Shown: piece by piece, positions 8,264 through 19,288 of the stretch | Layout of the letters: every line of letters starts with the position of its first letter | How positions within the stretch are numbered: the first letter of the stretch is position 1 | Assembly (NCBI GenBank): GCA_963662265.2 | Contig: CAXXHA010000019.1 | Location: 14,820 to 78,819, forward strand | Direction of reading: 5' to 3' | Source: Spirochaetia bacterium | Lineage (GTDB): Bacteria > Spirochaetota > Spirochaetia > CADAEX01 | Length of the DNA: 64,000 bases | Position numbers and translations under genes: made by a program | The notes under the pieces: model-generated | Told to the model about the DNA's origin: nothing | Database searches by the model: none | What the model saw: the letters and a program-made list of their open reading frames with translations, nothing else

Positions 8264-9631
8264 ATGTTAAAAAAAATTATTCTCTGCTTGCTGGTTTTAG
8301 TTAATTCATTTTTTGTTTTTTCAGATGAAAGAAAGGAAAATATTGAAATATTCATACTGCTGGATAAATCTCTTTCAATGGAAAACAATATTGAAGAAGT
8401 AAAAAACTACATAGAAAGCTTCATAATTGATAAAATAATCATAGACGGCGACAGGTTGTTAATAATAAATTTCTACGGTGAAACAGAAAGATTTCTTGAT
8501 ACTGTAGTAGCAAATGAAAACGCAAGGAATGATGTTAAAAGAAGACTCGAAACAGTCTCAGCCGACGGACGTTTTACCGATATAGGAAGCGCACTGGACA
8601 GACTGAATGAAACCGCAGGTGATGAAACTGAAACACTCAGGTATATGCTTCTGATAACTGACGGTAAGCAGGAAGCTCCTCCCGGAACAAAATATTACAG
8701 CCCTGATGGAAGTTTTAACCATGAACTTCTAAAACATACAAAAACAATACAGAAGAAGGGGTGGAAAATAGAAGTACTTGGGATTGGAAAGCTGAATAAA
8801 GCAGCAGATATAGCTGAAAAACTGTCAGGTACCTATGTTGAAGTTGAAAAAGCAGATGCATTAGATCTTGCAGAAAAAACATCTGATTTTCTGACAGTTG
8901 TTTCAGTAAAAGATAAACCAGTAATTGGAAAATTAAACAGTAAAAATGAATCCTCTATGACTTTCACAGCTGTTTCCTCAAATACTGATGAAAATACTGA
9001 AATAGTAATAGAATCAATAAAGTTTTCAGACAGTAAAACTGTTTATGAAATGATAGAGGAACCTTTTGAAATTAATATAATACCTGGTACTGAAAATGAA
9101 ATAAAAATCCCGGTAAAGTTAAGCAGAGATATTGATCCCGGAACTGCAAATGGAAGCATTGAATTCTTCTATTCATCTGAAAACATTCTGACCCCTTCCC
9201 TTTTCGACATGGAATTGGTAAAAAAAGAAGGTTTCAAAGCTGTTTATATTTATATACCGGCAGTAATTATAATTATTCTGATTCTTTTTCTTTTCTTAGG
9301 CAGATATCTGAAAAAAGGGGGAAAAGAGGAGGACAGAGGTTTTGATGTTTTTATTGACAATGAAAAGCTTTCAGAAATACCATATAAACTTAAAAACAAT
9401 GAAAAACTGTTTCTGTTATTAAATACTGCAGGTGAATTATCCTTATCAAGAATAAAATCATCACTTGCAAAAGGCTATATTATAAAAACAGGAAGTAAAG
9501 TTGATTTTAAAATACTGGACAGCAAGATATTCCCTGATTTCAAGGATAAAATTGATAATATATTGGGAAAAACTGTAAATATTAAATTAAAAAGCGGTAA
9601 ATTGCTGAAAATTCTTTTTAAGAGGAAATAA
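8264..9631 (+). CDS. Secreted vWA-domain protein with C-proximal TM helix (TP0750-like)
   Basis: Signal peptide. MIDAS motif LLDKSLS...FTDIG...LLITDG. TM segment VYIYIPAVIIIILILFLFLG. Confidence 0.85.
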   Translation: MLKKIILCLLVLVNSFFVFSDERKENIEIFILLDKSLSMENNIEEVKNYIESFIIDKIIIDGDRLLIINFYGETERFLDTVVANENARNDVKRRLETVSADGRFTDIGSALDRLNETAGDETETLRYMLLITDGKQEAPPGTKYYSPDGSFNHELLKHTKTIQKKGWKIEVLGIGKLNKAADIAEKLSGTYVEVEKADALDLAEKTSDFLTVVSVKDKPVIGKLNSKNESSMTFTAVSSNTDENTEIVIESIKFSDSKTVYEMIEEPFEINIIPGTENEIKIPVKLSRDIDPGTANGSIEFFYSSENILTPSLFDMELVKKEGFKAVYIYIPAVIIIILILFLFLGRYLKKGGKEEDRGFDVFIDNEKLSEIPYKLKNNEKLFLLLNTAGELSLSRIKSSLAKGYIIKTGSKVDFKILDSKIFPDFKDKIDNILGKTVNIKLKSGKLLKILFKRK

Positions 9632-10749
9632 TGAATTTTACAACCCTTTTTTTTGATAAAGGGGGTATTAAAAAAGATATACCCGGCTTTACTGAATATT
9701 TTTCTTCATCAGAACTCGGGTTCTGGGGCGAATATACTTTTCTGGATTTTGCATTATTTATAATAAATCCGGATAAAAGTTTTTTTATCTGTGACAGGGA
9801 AATACGGAAAAACATCAATAACATTCTGATGAAATGGGATGAAAAAAACTATGATTTTTTTACATATCAGAACGATTTTGATACTGTAAAGAATTTCCTG
9901 AACAAAATAGAGGATGAAATCATAATTTTTTATGATATTAATTTTGCTGCTGTTGCGGAAACAGATGAATTAAAGAAAGCTGTAGATGATTTTGCAGATG
10001 ATAAAAAGGAGACAATATCCAAAATATCAATAAATTCAGTACCTGTTGATATTTATATAGCTGATAAGAATTATTTGGTACAGCAGATGGATATTCTGAG
10101 GAACAGAATACAGTCTGATTCTTATGTTTTTGATTTTATTATAGAAGAAATACTGGCAACAGGTTTTGAAGAAATAAGAGATTTAAAGGGTGAAATACTG
10201 TTTAACAGCAGCGTGAACCAGTTTTTAATAAATAATTTATCTCTGCTGAATAAAGAAGCAGGAGATATTATGGATGATTTTATGAAATATACCCCACCCC
10301 CACATGAGAAGGAATCATTTATCGGAAAAAAAGGGGAAGTCGTAAATTCCATAATTTCTTCCAATTCAAGAATAGATGGATATGTGGAGAATTCTGTTAT
10401 TTTTTCGGGTGTAACAGTTAAGCAGAATGCTGTTATCAAAAACTCGGTGATAATGAACGGTAATCAGATTGGTAAATTTGTAAACATTGAAAATTCTATT
10501 ATTCTACCGAATTTGAAACAGCAGGGTAATAATTCAAATATTCAGGACAGGAGTATTATCGGAGGAAAATCCAGAGTAAAGAACAAAGATTATCCTGAAC
10601 ATATATTTGGCGGTATTACCGTGATTGGTATGAACAGCACAATACCTGTAAAATTTGTGGCAGAACCTGGATCTTTAATAGGTGCCGATGTTACAGCAGC
10701 CCGGTTAAAGGAATTAAAAAAGGTTAAAAAAAGTGGTTCAGTTATATGA
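9631..10749 (+). CDS. GlgC/GlgD-family-like protein with left-handed beta-helix; nucleotidyltransferase motif absent
   Basis: C-terminal VVNSIISSNSRIDGYVENSVIFSGVTVKQNAVIKNSVIM...GGITVIG is typical of ADP-glucose pyrophosphorylases. No ILAGGxGxRL at the N-terminus. Confidence 0.7.
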   Translation: MNFTTLFFDKGGIKKDIPGFTEYFSSSELGFWGEYTFLDFALFIINPDKSFFICDREIRKNINNILMKWDEKNYDFFTYQNDFDTVKNFLNKIEDEIIIFYDINFAAVAETDELKKAVDDFADDKKETISKISINSVPVDIYIADKNYLVQQMDILRNRIQSDSYVFDFIIEEILATGFEEIRDLKGEILFNSSVNQFLINNLSLLNKEAGDIMDDFMKYTPPPHEKESFIGKKGEVVNSIISSNSRIDGYVENSVIFSGVTVKQNAVIKNSVIMNGNQIGKFVNIENSIILPNLKQQGNNSNIQDRSIIGGKSRVKNKDYPEHIFGGITVIGMNSTIPVKFVAEPGSLIGADVTAARLKELKKVKKSGSVI

Positions 10750-11750
10750 AAAACCTAAAAAGATTTTATAATTATCTGGATAAATATGATAAATTTATTC
10801 TGACAGCACATGAAAATCCTGACGGGGATGCGATAGGAAGCGAATATGCGTTATGCCGTCATTTGAAAAACTGCGGGATAATAGCAAGAATTATCACTTG
10901 TGAGACTATACCTGATAAATACAGCTTCATTGACCAGGATAATCTTATTGAGTTTGTTGCTTCTGCAGATGATCTGCCTGATAATTTAAATGAATATGCA
11001 CTTATTATTCTTGATACAAACACACCATATAATACAGGAATGATATACAGTTTTATAAAGGAAGAAATAAAAGATATTTTTATTATTGATCATCATGAAA
11101 ATCCTGATGAAGATTCAATTACAGATTATAACTGTATAGAAACAGAAGCCTCTTCATCGAGTGAAATTGTTTACCGGATAATTAACAACAGCAAACGAAA
11201 CAGTGATATATCATTTGACATGGCACAGGCGATGTATGCCGGTATAGTCTATGATACAGGTTCATTTATATATCCTAAAACAGGCGATCAGACACTTGCT
11301 ATAGCTGCAAGTCTTGTTAAAACAGGAATTAAACCCAATTACATATATTCACAGATGTATGAAAGCAGCAGCCTTTCAGCTCTGAAGCTTCATTCAAAGG
11401 TTTTTTCTGATATTGAATTTTATCATAATCACAGAACTGCTCTTCAGATAATGACAAGAGATATTCTCAGGAAATTCAATGCTTCATACGAAGATGGAGA
11501 TACCATCATAAACATACCGTTAAAGTGCAAAGATATTAAAATATCAGTTTTTTTCAAGGAAAATAAAAAGGGAATACTGCGCTGTTCAATGAGATCAAAG
11601 GATAACCTTGATGTTGCCTCAATCGCAAGGAGTTTCGGAGGTGGCGGACATACAACAGCCGCAGGCTTTAAATGCAATGAACCACTTGAAATTGTCCGGA
11701 AAAAAGTGTTAAAAGAAATTAAAAAAATATTAGGGCTGATAATAAAATGA
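10746..11750 (+). CDS. nrnA: DHH/DHHA1 phosphoesterase (NrnA/DhhP-like nanoRNase/pAp phosphatase)
   Basis: HENPDGDAIGS, IIDHH, YDTGSF, SMRS and FGGGGHTTAAG motifs. Confidence 0.92.
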   Translation: MKNLKRFYNYLDKYDKFILTAHENPDGDAIGSEYALCRHLKNCGIIARIITCETIPDKYSFIDQDNLIEFVASADDLPDNLNEYALIILDTNTPYNTGMIYSFIKEEIKDIFIIDHHENPDEDSITDYNCIETEASSSSEIVYRIINNSKRNSDISFDMAQAMYAGIVYDTGSFIYPKTGDQTLAIAASLVKTGIKPNYIYSQMYESSSLSALKLHSKVFSDIEFYHNHRTALQIMTRDILRKFNASYEDGDTIINIPLKCKDIKISVFFKENKKGILRCSMRSKDNLDVASIARSFGGGGHTTAAGFKCNEPLEIVRKKVLKEIKKILGLIIK

Positions 11751-13265
11751 AATATCTTAAACTGTTTATTCTCTCTCTGATTATTGTTTCTTTAAATATA
11801 TCCTGCAGTAAAAATACTGAAGAAGAAAGCAATGCACCTCGGAAAGTTGTGACTGACAATAATGAAAAACAGCTTACAGATGCTGGAATTGAAAACGGAC
11901 TGAAACATCAGTATCCTGAAGAAAAAACTGAACCAAGGATAAATATCGAAAATCAGGATCTGATTGCATATATTCAGAATGTAAATCTCGACTTTGATAC
12001 AGAAGAGGAACAGGTAATCATACAGAAAGACAGGGACGTTAAAAACAAATTAAACCTGATTGTTGTTGATTTCGATTCTGTGAGAAACAAGTATATAAAG
12101 ACATGGGAAACAGTTCAGGAAAAATATAAATCCAAGAACATTTATCATATCTTATGCAGATACTGTAGGGGACCATAACCTTGAAATTATTTTCAGGGGA
12201 ACAGGCAGCAGTAATGAACAGATACTGTCAATATACAGGAAAACACACTCACCTGCAGGTATCAGCCTTTACTATAAGAATATAGCAGATATAAAAATAG
12301 ATGGTCAGATCGAGATTGTTGAGAAGGAGAGAAGTTCCGCATATCTTCTGGGACAGAAGAACGGGATCAGTTTCCCTGTTATTACCTACGAGAGGGATGA
12401 GGAATCTCAGAATCTTCTTGATATGGTAAAGAAGACTTTCATCTGGAATTACCAGTCCAGCAGATTCATAAAATCATTTGAAGAGAAAATTCCGGGTGAG
12501 AAAATAGAGGAAGAAAGGCTTAAAAAGCTTTTTAACGAAGGAATTGATTCATATCAGGATTTTCTGCAGGGACAGTGGATTAATACAGATTCAAGTGATT
12601 CTGTAATAAGTTTTGACAAGGAATCAAAGGAAATAGCACTTTATTCAAAAGATATACTTGAAATATATAAATGGACAGATTTCAAACAGATCAAAAATAC
12701 CCAACAGTGTTTATATAAGCGCCAGAAATGATCTTATACATTTTATTAGAAAAAACATATTTATCAGGATTGAGAAACTCAACAGGATAAGAATTGTTGT
12801 CAATGACAGGGAATTTTCTAATAATATAAATCCATGGAATGGTAATTATGAGAAAATTAACAGCAGTTATACAGAATCAGCTGAAAAAGACAATGAATCA
12901 GCTGAAGAAATCAAACTAGAAGGAATATTTACCGGTATAAATGACACTATTACTTTCAATGGTTCTGAATTCACCCAGAAAGGATCTGACTTTGTTAAAA
13001 GCGGTATTTTTTCTGTATTCAACTATAACGGTCAAAATATTATAGAGTTGAGATATCTTGATTCAAACAGGCTGGTCGGCGAGAAAAAAGAATACAGCAT
13101 TGACTACAGGGCAGTACAATATTGATAACAAAACAGTTAATGAACCTGAGGCTTCAGAGAGGCGAAATAAAATCACAGTATTTTGATGCTTCGGGTGAAG
13201 ATATCATGATCTATAACCAGACAATTGAAAACGAAGAAGCTGAAGAAAATAAAGAAGCTGAATAA
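11747..13265 (+). pseudogene. Pallilysin-related adhesin lipoprotein (TP0752-like) broken by 3-4 single-base frameshifts (pseudogene or assembly errors)
   Basis: Lipobox LNISC. The protein reads through shifts at ~12120 (NINPRTFIISYADTVGDHNLEIIFRG), ~12681, ~13110 and possibly ~13139, ending ...ENKEAE-TAA at 13265. Confidence 0.65.
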
Positions 13266-13399
13266 GTTGAAACTATAATTTATTTATTGTGATTGTTATG
13301 TAAACTGTGTTTTTCCTGAATAGTTCTATTAGATAACTGGCCAATTGTCTATTAATTTGAATAACAAGCTGGAAATAAATTGAGAGATTTAATAAAAAA

Positions 13400-14461
13400 T
13401 CATTTAAACACCATGAAGCTTTCTATTGAATGTTCCTTCAGTTTAATATGGTATTCTTCAGCTTTTTCCCTAGATTCTGCAGGAATCAGGACTTTGTATA
13501 TTTTCCGTCCCTTATAGTCAGATTCCCTGACATTTACATTGAAACCGATTGCAGAAAGTCTTTCCGCCATCTTATCAGCATTTGTTCTGCTGCTGTATGA
13601 ACCTGTCTGAAGAAAAATCAAACTGCCTGTATTATCTGAAGCTGTATTTTCAACAGTATTATTATCCGGAGATATCAGAGAATAGTTTAAATAAACTGCG
13701 GGAGATATCATGCTGCTGTAAGAGAGAAGAGCTTTTATATCTGAAATATCTTCTTTTTCCTCAAGACGTTTCTTTGCCTGTTCTGAAGGGGTATTCAGGT
13801 TATATTTATCTGAAATCAGTAATACTGCCGCAAGATTTTCAGAAGATATATCTTTTTTTGAAGTTAATTTCTGAAGAATATTTTCCCCTTCACTCTTGTT
13901 TCCGGAAAGAATATTTATCATGGATTCAATAATATCTGCCCTGTAGATACTGTTGGAATCCAGTGGAAGAGTTTTGTAGAATATTATCTGTTTTAATGCT
14001 TTTGTGAATTCTCCGTTATCCATAAGTATTCTTGATGAAATAAGAAGTGAGCTGCTGTTTGATGGATCTGGATATTCGTTGTATGATGAAAGATAGAATT
14101 CAACTGCAGTTTCTGTTTTTCCGGAAAGTTCCGATATTTCCGCCGCATCTCTTAAAATTGATGATTTCTGTTTATTGTTTTTTACTCTTTTTATGCTGTC
14201 TTTTACTGAAATAATTATCTTATCAACATCTTTTTCATATTTTAATATTTTATCAAGTGAATCTGATATTTTTTCTGGAGATGCAGATTCAGTTTTAATA
14301 TATTTATAAAAGTAAGAAAGACTTTTTTCTGTATTGCCGTTTTTAAGACTTTTTACAGCATTATCATAAGAATCTGAATAAACAGGGAAACATGATAAAT
14401 ATATTAGTAAAAAAGATATAAAAAATTTATTAAATACTGTTGTTTTCAATATTTTTATCAT
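13400..14461 (-). CDS. Periplasmic TPR-like protein with C-terminal SPOR domain
   Basis: Signal peptide, helical body, and a SPOR signature FLQTGSYSSRTNADKMAERLSAIGF...IYKVLI. Confidence 0.85.
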   Translation of the reverse strand: MIKILKTTVFNKFFISFLLIYLSCFPVYSDSYDNAVKSLKNGNTEKSLSYFYKYIKTESASPEKISDSLDKILKYEKDVDKIIISVKDSIKRVKNNKQKSSILRDAAEISELSGKTETAVEFYLSSYNEYPDPSNSSSLLISSRILMDNGEFTKALKQIIFYKTLPLDSNSIYRADIIESMINILSGNKSEGENILQKLTSKKDISSENLAAVLLISDKYNLNTPSEQAKKRLEEKEDISDIKALLSYSSMISPAVYLNYSLISPDNNTVENTASDNTGSLIFLQTGSYSSRTNADKMAERLSAIGFNVNVRESDYKGRKIYKVLIPAESREKAEEYHIKLKEHSIESFMVFK

Positions 14462-14723
14462 CTTCCTTTCTGAACAGCTTTTTTTTCTTTTTATCAGGTT
14501 TATTTTCAGCTGGCTTGATTTTCTTTTTCCCTCTGATCAAAGTGAAAGGGAGGACAATTAAGGCTCCGGATACAAATGATATCAGAATACTGAGAAAGAC
14601 AGGAACATCTTTAAGTGTTGTAAAGCCGAATGAAATATCTGAAACATTTTTCATATTGAGTCCTGCAAAAATTGCTTCAATTGTAATAATAAGAACAATA
14701 AGTATTATTTTAAATTTCATCAT
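14430..14723 (-). CDS. LapA-family small membrane protein
   Basis: Two TM segments with the IFAGLN...ISFGF...DVPVFLSILISFVSGAL pattern and a basic tail. Confidence 0.75.
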   Translation of the reverse strand: MMKFKIILIVLIITIEAIFAGLNMKNVSDISFGFTTLKDVPVFLSILISFVSGALIVLPFTLIRGKKKIKPAENKPDKKKKKLFRKEDDKNIENNSI

Positions 14724-16002
14724 TCAGAATTTCCCCTTTTAATGTGTTTCCGTTGAGAGAAATAATTTTAAGGTTTACAAACTGTCCTATTTTATCATGT
14801 TTTCCGTTAAAAACAATCATTTCATCGCTTTCATTCCTGGCAAGAAGTTCTTCCTCATTGTTTTTTGAGACAGACTCGACAAGGCATCTGCATATTTTTC
14901 CGATTTTTCTCTGTTTCTCTTCAAGAGATATTTTCCTCTGAAGTTTTATAATCTTATCAAGCCTTTCAAGTTTAGCTTCTTTCGTGACTGTGTCTTCAAA
15001 ATTATAAGAAGCAGTACCTTCACGCGGATTATAATAATAGGTAAAAGCATCTGAATATCTGACTGTTTTCATTATATCGATAACTTTCTGAAAATCATCC
15101 TCTGTTTCACCCGGAAATCCGATAAGAATATCTGTTGTTATTGAAATGTCAGGTATTGTTTTCTTAAGTTTTTCTACATATCCCAGGTAATATGCTGTAT
15201 CATATTTCCTGTTCATGAGTTTAAGTATTCTGTCAGAACCGTGCTGAACAGGGAGATGGAAATGGTTGCAGATTTTGCTGTTTTCAGCCATGACTCTTAT
15301 GAGTTTATCTGATACATCTTTGGGATGAGAGGATGTAAATCGGATCCATTCTATAGAATCTGTGTTTTCCGCTATCATCTGAAGAAGATCAGGGAAATCA
15401 ACTTCAGCATTATATGAATTAACATTCTGACCAAGTAGTGTTATCTCTTTCACATTTTTTGATTCAAGATATTTTATTTCATCAAGAATATCGGAAATGC
15501 TTCGTGATACTTCTCTACCTCTGACGTATGGAACAATGCAGTAACTGCAGAAATTGTTGCAGCCATGCATGATAGGGACAAATGCCTTGAATGCTCCCTC
15601 TTTGTAATGGAGCTTCTGGAATTCGAAGATGCTGCTGTTTGTTGAATCGGAATAATTGTCATTAATAAAATCTATAATATTTTGTTTATTAAATGTTCCA
15701 GATACAAAATCAACAGGCGATGTTCTGGATTTCAAGCTGTCCCCAAGCCTTTCTGCCATACATCCAGTAATAATCAGCCTGAGTTCCGGATTTGTTTCCT
15801 TTACTTTTTTATAGAAACCGATCCTTCCGTAGATCCTGTCTTCTGCTGTTTTTCTGACAGAACAGGTATTGATTATCACAACAGATGCTTCGTTTGGCGA
15901 TTCAGTTTCTTTCCATCCGTTCCCGTTGAGTTCAAGTTCCAGTGCATCAGATTCCGCCTTGTTCATCTGGCATCCGTAAGTTTCAATCAGATATCTGTTC
16001 AT
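14710..16002 (-). CDS. miaB: tRNA-2-methylthio-N6-dimethylallyladenosine synthase MiaB
   Basis: TYGCQMN, NTCSVR, GCNNFCSYCIVP (radical SAM CxxxCxxC), RFTSSHP and a C-terminal TRAM domain. Confidence 0.95.
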   Translation of the reverse strand: MNRYLIETYGCQMNKAESDALELELNGNGWKETESPNEASVVIINTCSVRKTAEDRIYGRIGFYKKVKETNPELRLIITGCMAERLGDSLKSRTSPVDFVSGTFNKQNIIDFINDNYSDSTNSSIFEFQKLHYKEGAFKAFVPIMHGCNNFCSYCIVPYVRGREVSRSISDILDEIKYLESKNVKEITLLGQNVNSYNAEVDFPDLLQMIAENTDSIEWIRFTSSHPKDVSDKLIRVMAENSKICNHFHLPVQHGSDRILKLMNRKYDTAYYLGYVEKLKKTIPDISITTDILIGFPGETEDDFQKVIDIMKTVRYSDAFTYYYNPREGTASYNFEDTVTKEAKLERLDKIIKLQRKISLEEKQRKIGKICRCLVESVSKNNEEELLARNESDEMIVFNGKHDKIGQFVNLKIISLNGNTLKGEILNDEI

Positions 16003-17997
16003 ATTTATTCCCTTCAATAATGCAGTTTATATAGTATTTCAATTCATCCCAGTCATTGTCTTTAGGTACAAGAATCCAGGCACCCTTGTAGAAATCATCA
16101 TCAACTTCATCTTCAGTTTTCCCAAGATAAAGAAGATTAGAATATGTCTGGTCCAGTACATTTTCTGTTGATAAAACATTCTGCCTGATTGTATCAATTG
16201 TATTTATTTTATTGTACAGGCTGAATATTTCCATCATATTCATGTTTGTATCAATATAGGAAAGCAGTGTTTTAAATATATCAAGAACTTTGTTAAGGTC
16301 ACCAATGCCTATTTCCCGGAAACGATCCTTAACACTGATAAGGATTTTCTGCTGACGGGAGTCCCTGGAGAAAACAGGCGTAAAATGCCTTGCCCTGGCT
16401 ATCCTGAGTGCTTCTACTCCGTTAACATGATGAGTTCCTTTCCTGTAGTAGAGAGTCGACCATTTGCCGTTGTTTCTTACTTTATATGTAGGATCAACGA
16501 GATCTTCGGAAAGTTCGACATCTATGCCGTCGAGAATATTAATAACATCAATAAAAGCAAACATATCAATTATTATATAACCTGAAATATCAAGACCTGA
16601 CAGCAATGAGATTATTTCAGTAAGTTTTTCAGCACCGTAAGTCTTGTAGTAACTGTTGATTTTCCTTCCGTTATAATACAAATCTCTGGGGATGCTGAAA
16701 AAGTCAATTATCATGTTTTCAAAATCAACTGTAACGAGAATTATTGTATCAGCATTGCGTTCATGGGAACCGCAGATCAGGAAGTTGTATCTTGAAACAG
16801 AAGAATTATCCAGGTTTAAATTCAGTTTTTTTTTTTTGAAGATGAGTCAAATCGGTTCAGGGAGGATAAAGGTACCTCTTCATGGTCTGTAAGGTATATT
16901 TCCCCGCTGACTTTATGAACAGCATAGGAACCGATTTTTAAACCTGTCTCCAGGGAATTTATATCATAATAATAATAGTCCTTGTCTTCCCTGACAGTGT
17001 CGGAAAATGCATAACCGTTATCTGATAGGTATTTAATGAAATTTTCATCTTCATTCAGGATTTTAAGATTTTCCCTGGATTTTTCTATTCTTTTTTCATC
17101 ATCAGTTCTGATATCGCACTTATGACTTATATTGAGGATATCATTTCTGAGAGTATTGTAATCAGTATATTTTTTGCTGCAGAAACTGAATATATTTTCT
17201 GCATGATCAAGAATAACAGTTGCAATTGTAACTCCTGATTCCCTTTTTATTTTGACAGCAGTTTTTTCCTGTCCTGAACTGAAATTATCAAAATAGAGTT
17301 TGTTTTTTCTCAAAGTTGCTTTTACAACTGAATCGCCGGTAATGTTTCTTAATTCAGTTATGTTTGCATTTAATGCTTTATAAAGAGATCTTACCAGAGG
17401 AGTTGTAACTGTTATATATTCAGAAGCTTTTTCTGCTGAAGCATCAGGGAAAAATCCTTTATCTATGCTGCTGAAGACAGATTCTGCAATAATTGTATTA
17501 TCAGAACTGTCAGCTTTCAGCCTGAAATAAATATTACCGCTGTTGTCCTGTAAAATATAACCGTCGCCGGTTTCCATGATTTCCAGGCTGCTTTCTGATG
17601 CTGCTGATTTAAGTAAATCACTATCAGCCATTAATGAAAGTTTTCTCAAAAGCTCGGTATCATTGAAATGATTTTTCAGATATTCGAAACCCAGGAAATA
17701 TACTGTATTATCTGATTCCTGTTTTGTATTGCTGCTGTTATTGTTTCCGTCAGATGATTCAAAAGAATAATCTGACTCGGGAAGGCCCACCAGGTTACGT
17801 GTCTGGTTGACATCAGAACTCAGCCTGACAAGGTTTTTTCTTATTATTTCTATCTGTTCATTATTTACAGTAAATTCCGATATAATTCTATCTTCAATGC
17901 TGCCTGTTTTTTTCAATATTACAGCAAGAGTGATAATAATCAGTAAAAGAGGAAGAACTACAGCTGTATATAAAAGTATTTTCTTTATATTAAGCAC
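15983..17997 (-). CDS. Membrane-anchored protein fused via a frameshift at an A12 tract to an LCP (LytR-CpsA-Psr) domain
   Basis: Upstream ORF 17997-16822 (N-terminal TM) ends TCA AAA AAA AAA AAC TGA. The -1 frame continues LNLN...NFLICGSHERNADTIILV...FSIPRDLY...ARARH...DSRQQKIL, a complete LCP domain. Confidence 0.85.
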
Positions 17998-17998
17998 T

Positions 17999-19267
17999 TT
18001 AGTGTTTGAAACTCCTCTGACCGGTAAAAACCATTGCCGCGTTATATTCGTTGCATGCTTCTATTGATTCGAAATCCCTTAGAGACCCGCCAGGCTGTAC
18101 AACTGCTGTTACACCTTCTGAAAGTCCGACATCAATACCATCTCGGAATGGAAAAAAAGCATCAGAAACCATTGAGCTGCCTTTGAGGCCGCCATTGACA
18201 GCTGATGTTTCCTTTATTATTTCTTCAGCCTTGTCTTTATCATTGAGGAGGTTCCATGGAGTCTTAAATTTCTCCCATGCGAGTCTGTCCCAGGATTTTC
18301 TGTAGGCTTTGTCACGTGCAATTTCTGCAACACCTACCCTGTCCTGTTCTCCTGTACCAATACCGACTGTAACGCCGTCTTTAACATATATTACTGAATT
18401 ACTTGTAATGCCGCTCTCGACAAGCCATCCGAAAACAAGGTCATCATATTCCCTGTCGCTTGGCTGCCTGTTTACAGAGTACTTTTTATCCCTGTATACA
18501 GTTTCAGCTTTGAGGAAATCATCCTTACTGAGAGTTTCAGGGGAATATGACCACTGGGTAATTATACCTCCGTCCATCATCGATTTAAAATCAATGACCC
18601 GCTTACCTATGTAATTATGAAGTTTTGAAATGGAATTGATTCTCATGACTCGGAGGTTCTTTTTCTTGCTGAAAATTTCCATAACACCTTCTTCAAAATC
18701 AGGAGCAGCAACAACTTCTGTATAGTTCGCACAGATAAGCTGTGCAGTTTCAACATCTACTGCCCTGTTTAAAGCAACAGCTCCGCCGAAAGCCGCAACC
18801 CTGTCTGCCATAAGCGCCTTATGGTAAGCTTCGGAAAGGTTGGCCGCTTTTGCAGCACCGCAGGGGTTATTGTGTTTAACAATAATTGAAACAGGAGTAT
18901 CTGAGAAATACCTCATTATATTCAGAGCATTGTCAACATCTGTTATATTGGTTTTTCCGGGATGTTTGCCTGACTGAAGCAGTTCAACATCGGAAGCTAG
19001 GTACTGCCCAGGCTGTATGGTTTCTACATCTCCAAGAGTGATATTGCCGTTTACAAGCCTGTAAAGAGATGCTTCCTGACCCGGGTTTTCACCGTATCTC
19101 AACCCTTTTTTCTCACCGTCAATGACCCATTCCGCTTTTTCGAAGAAAAGTGTCTGCCGGTTATCATCATTATCATAAAATGATATATCCATTTTTGAGG
19201 GAAAAGAATCACTGTTGACAGTGTGGTACATTTTCTTAAGGTTATCCATTCCTGCTTTATACTCCAT
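17999..19267 (-). CDS. purH: Stand-alone AICAR transformylase (C-terminal half of PurH)
   Basis: LRYGENPGQEA, IVKHNNPCG, AFGG, GIGTGEQDRV, SDAFFPFRDG, QPGGSLRD and MVFTGQRSFKH. Confidence 0.9.
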   Translation of the reverse strand: MEYKAGMDNLKKMYHTVNSDSFPSKMDISFYDNDDNRQTLFFEKAEWVIDGEKKGLRYGENPGQEASLYRLVNGNITLGDVETIQPGQYLASDVELLQSGKHPGKTNITDVDNALNIMRYFSDTPVSIIVKHNNPCGAAKAANLSEAYHKALMADRVAAFGGAVALNRAVDVETAQLICANYTEVVAAPDFEEGVMEIFSKKKNLRVMRINSISKLHNYIGKRVIDFKSMMDGGIITQWSYSPETLSKDDFLKAETVYRDKKYSVNRQPSDREYDDLVFGWLVESGITSNSVIYVKDGVTVGIGTGEQDRVGVAEIARDKAYRKSWDRLAWEKFKTPWNLLNDKDKAEEIIKETSAVNGGLKGSSMVSDAFFPFRDGIDVGLSEGVTAVVQPGGSLRDFESIEACNEYNAAMVFTGQRSFKH

Positions 19268-19288
19268 TTATAATATGTTCATTATATA

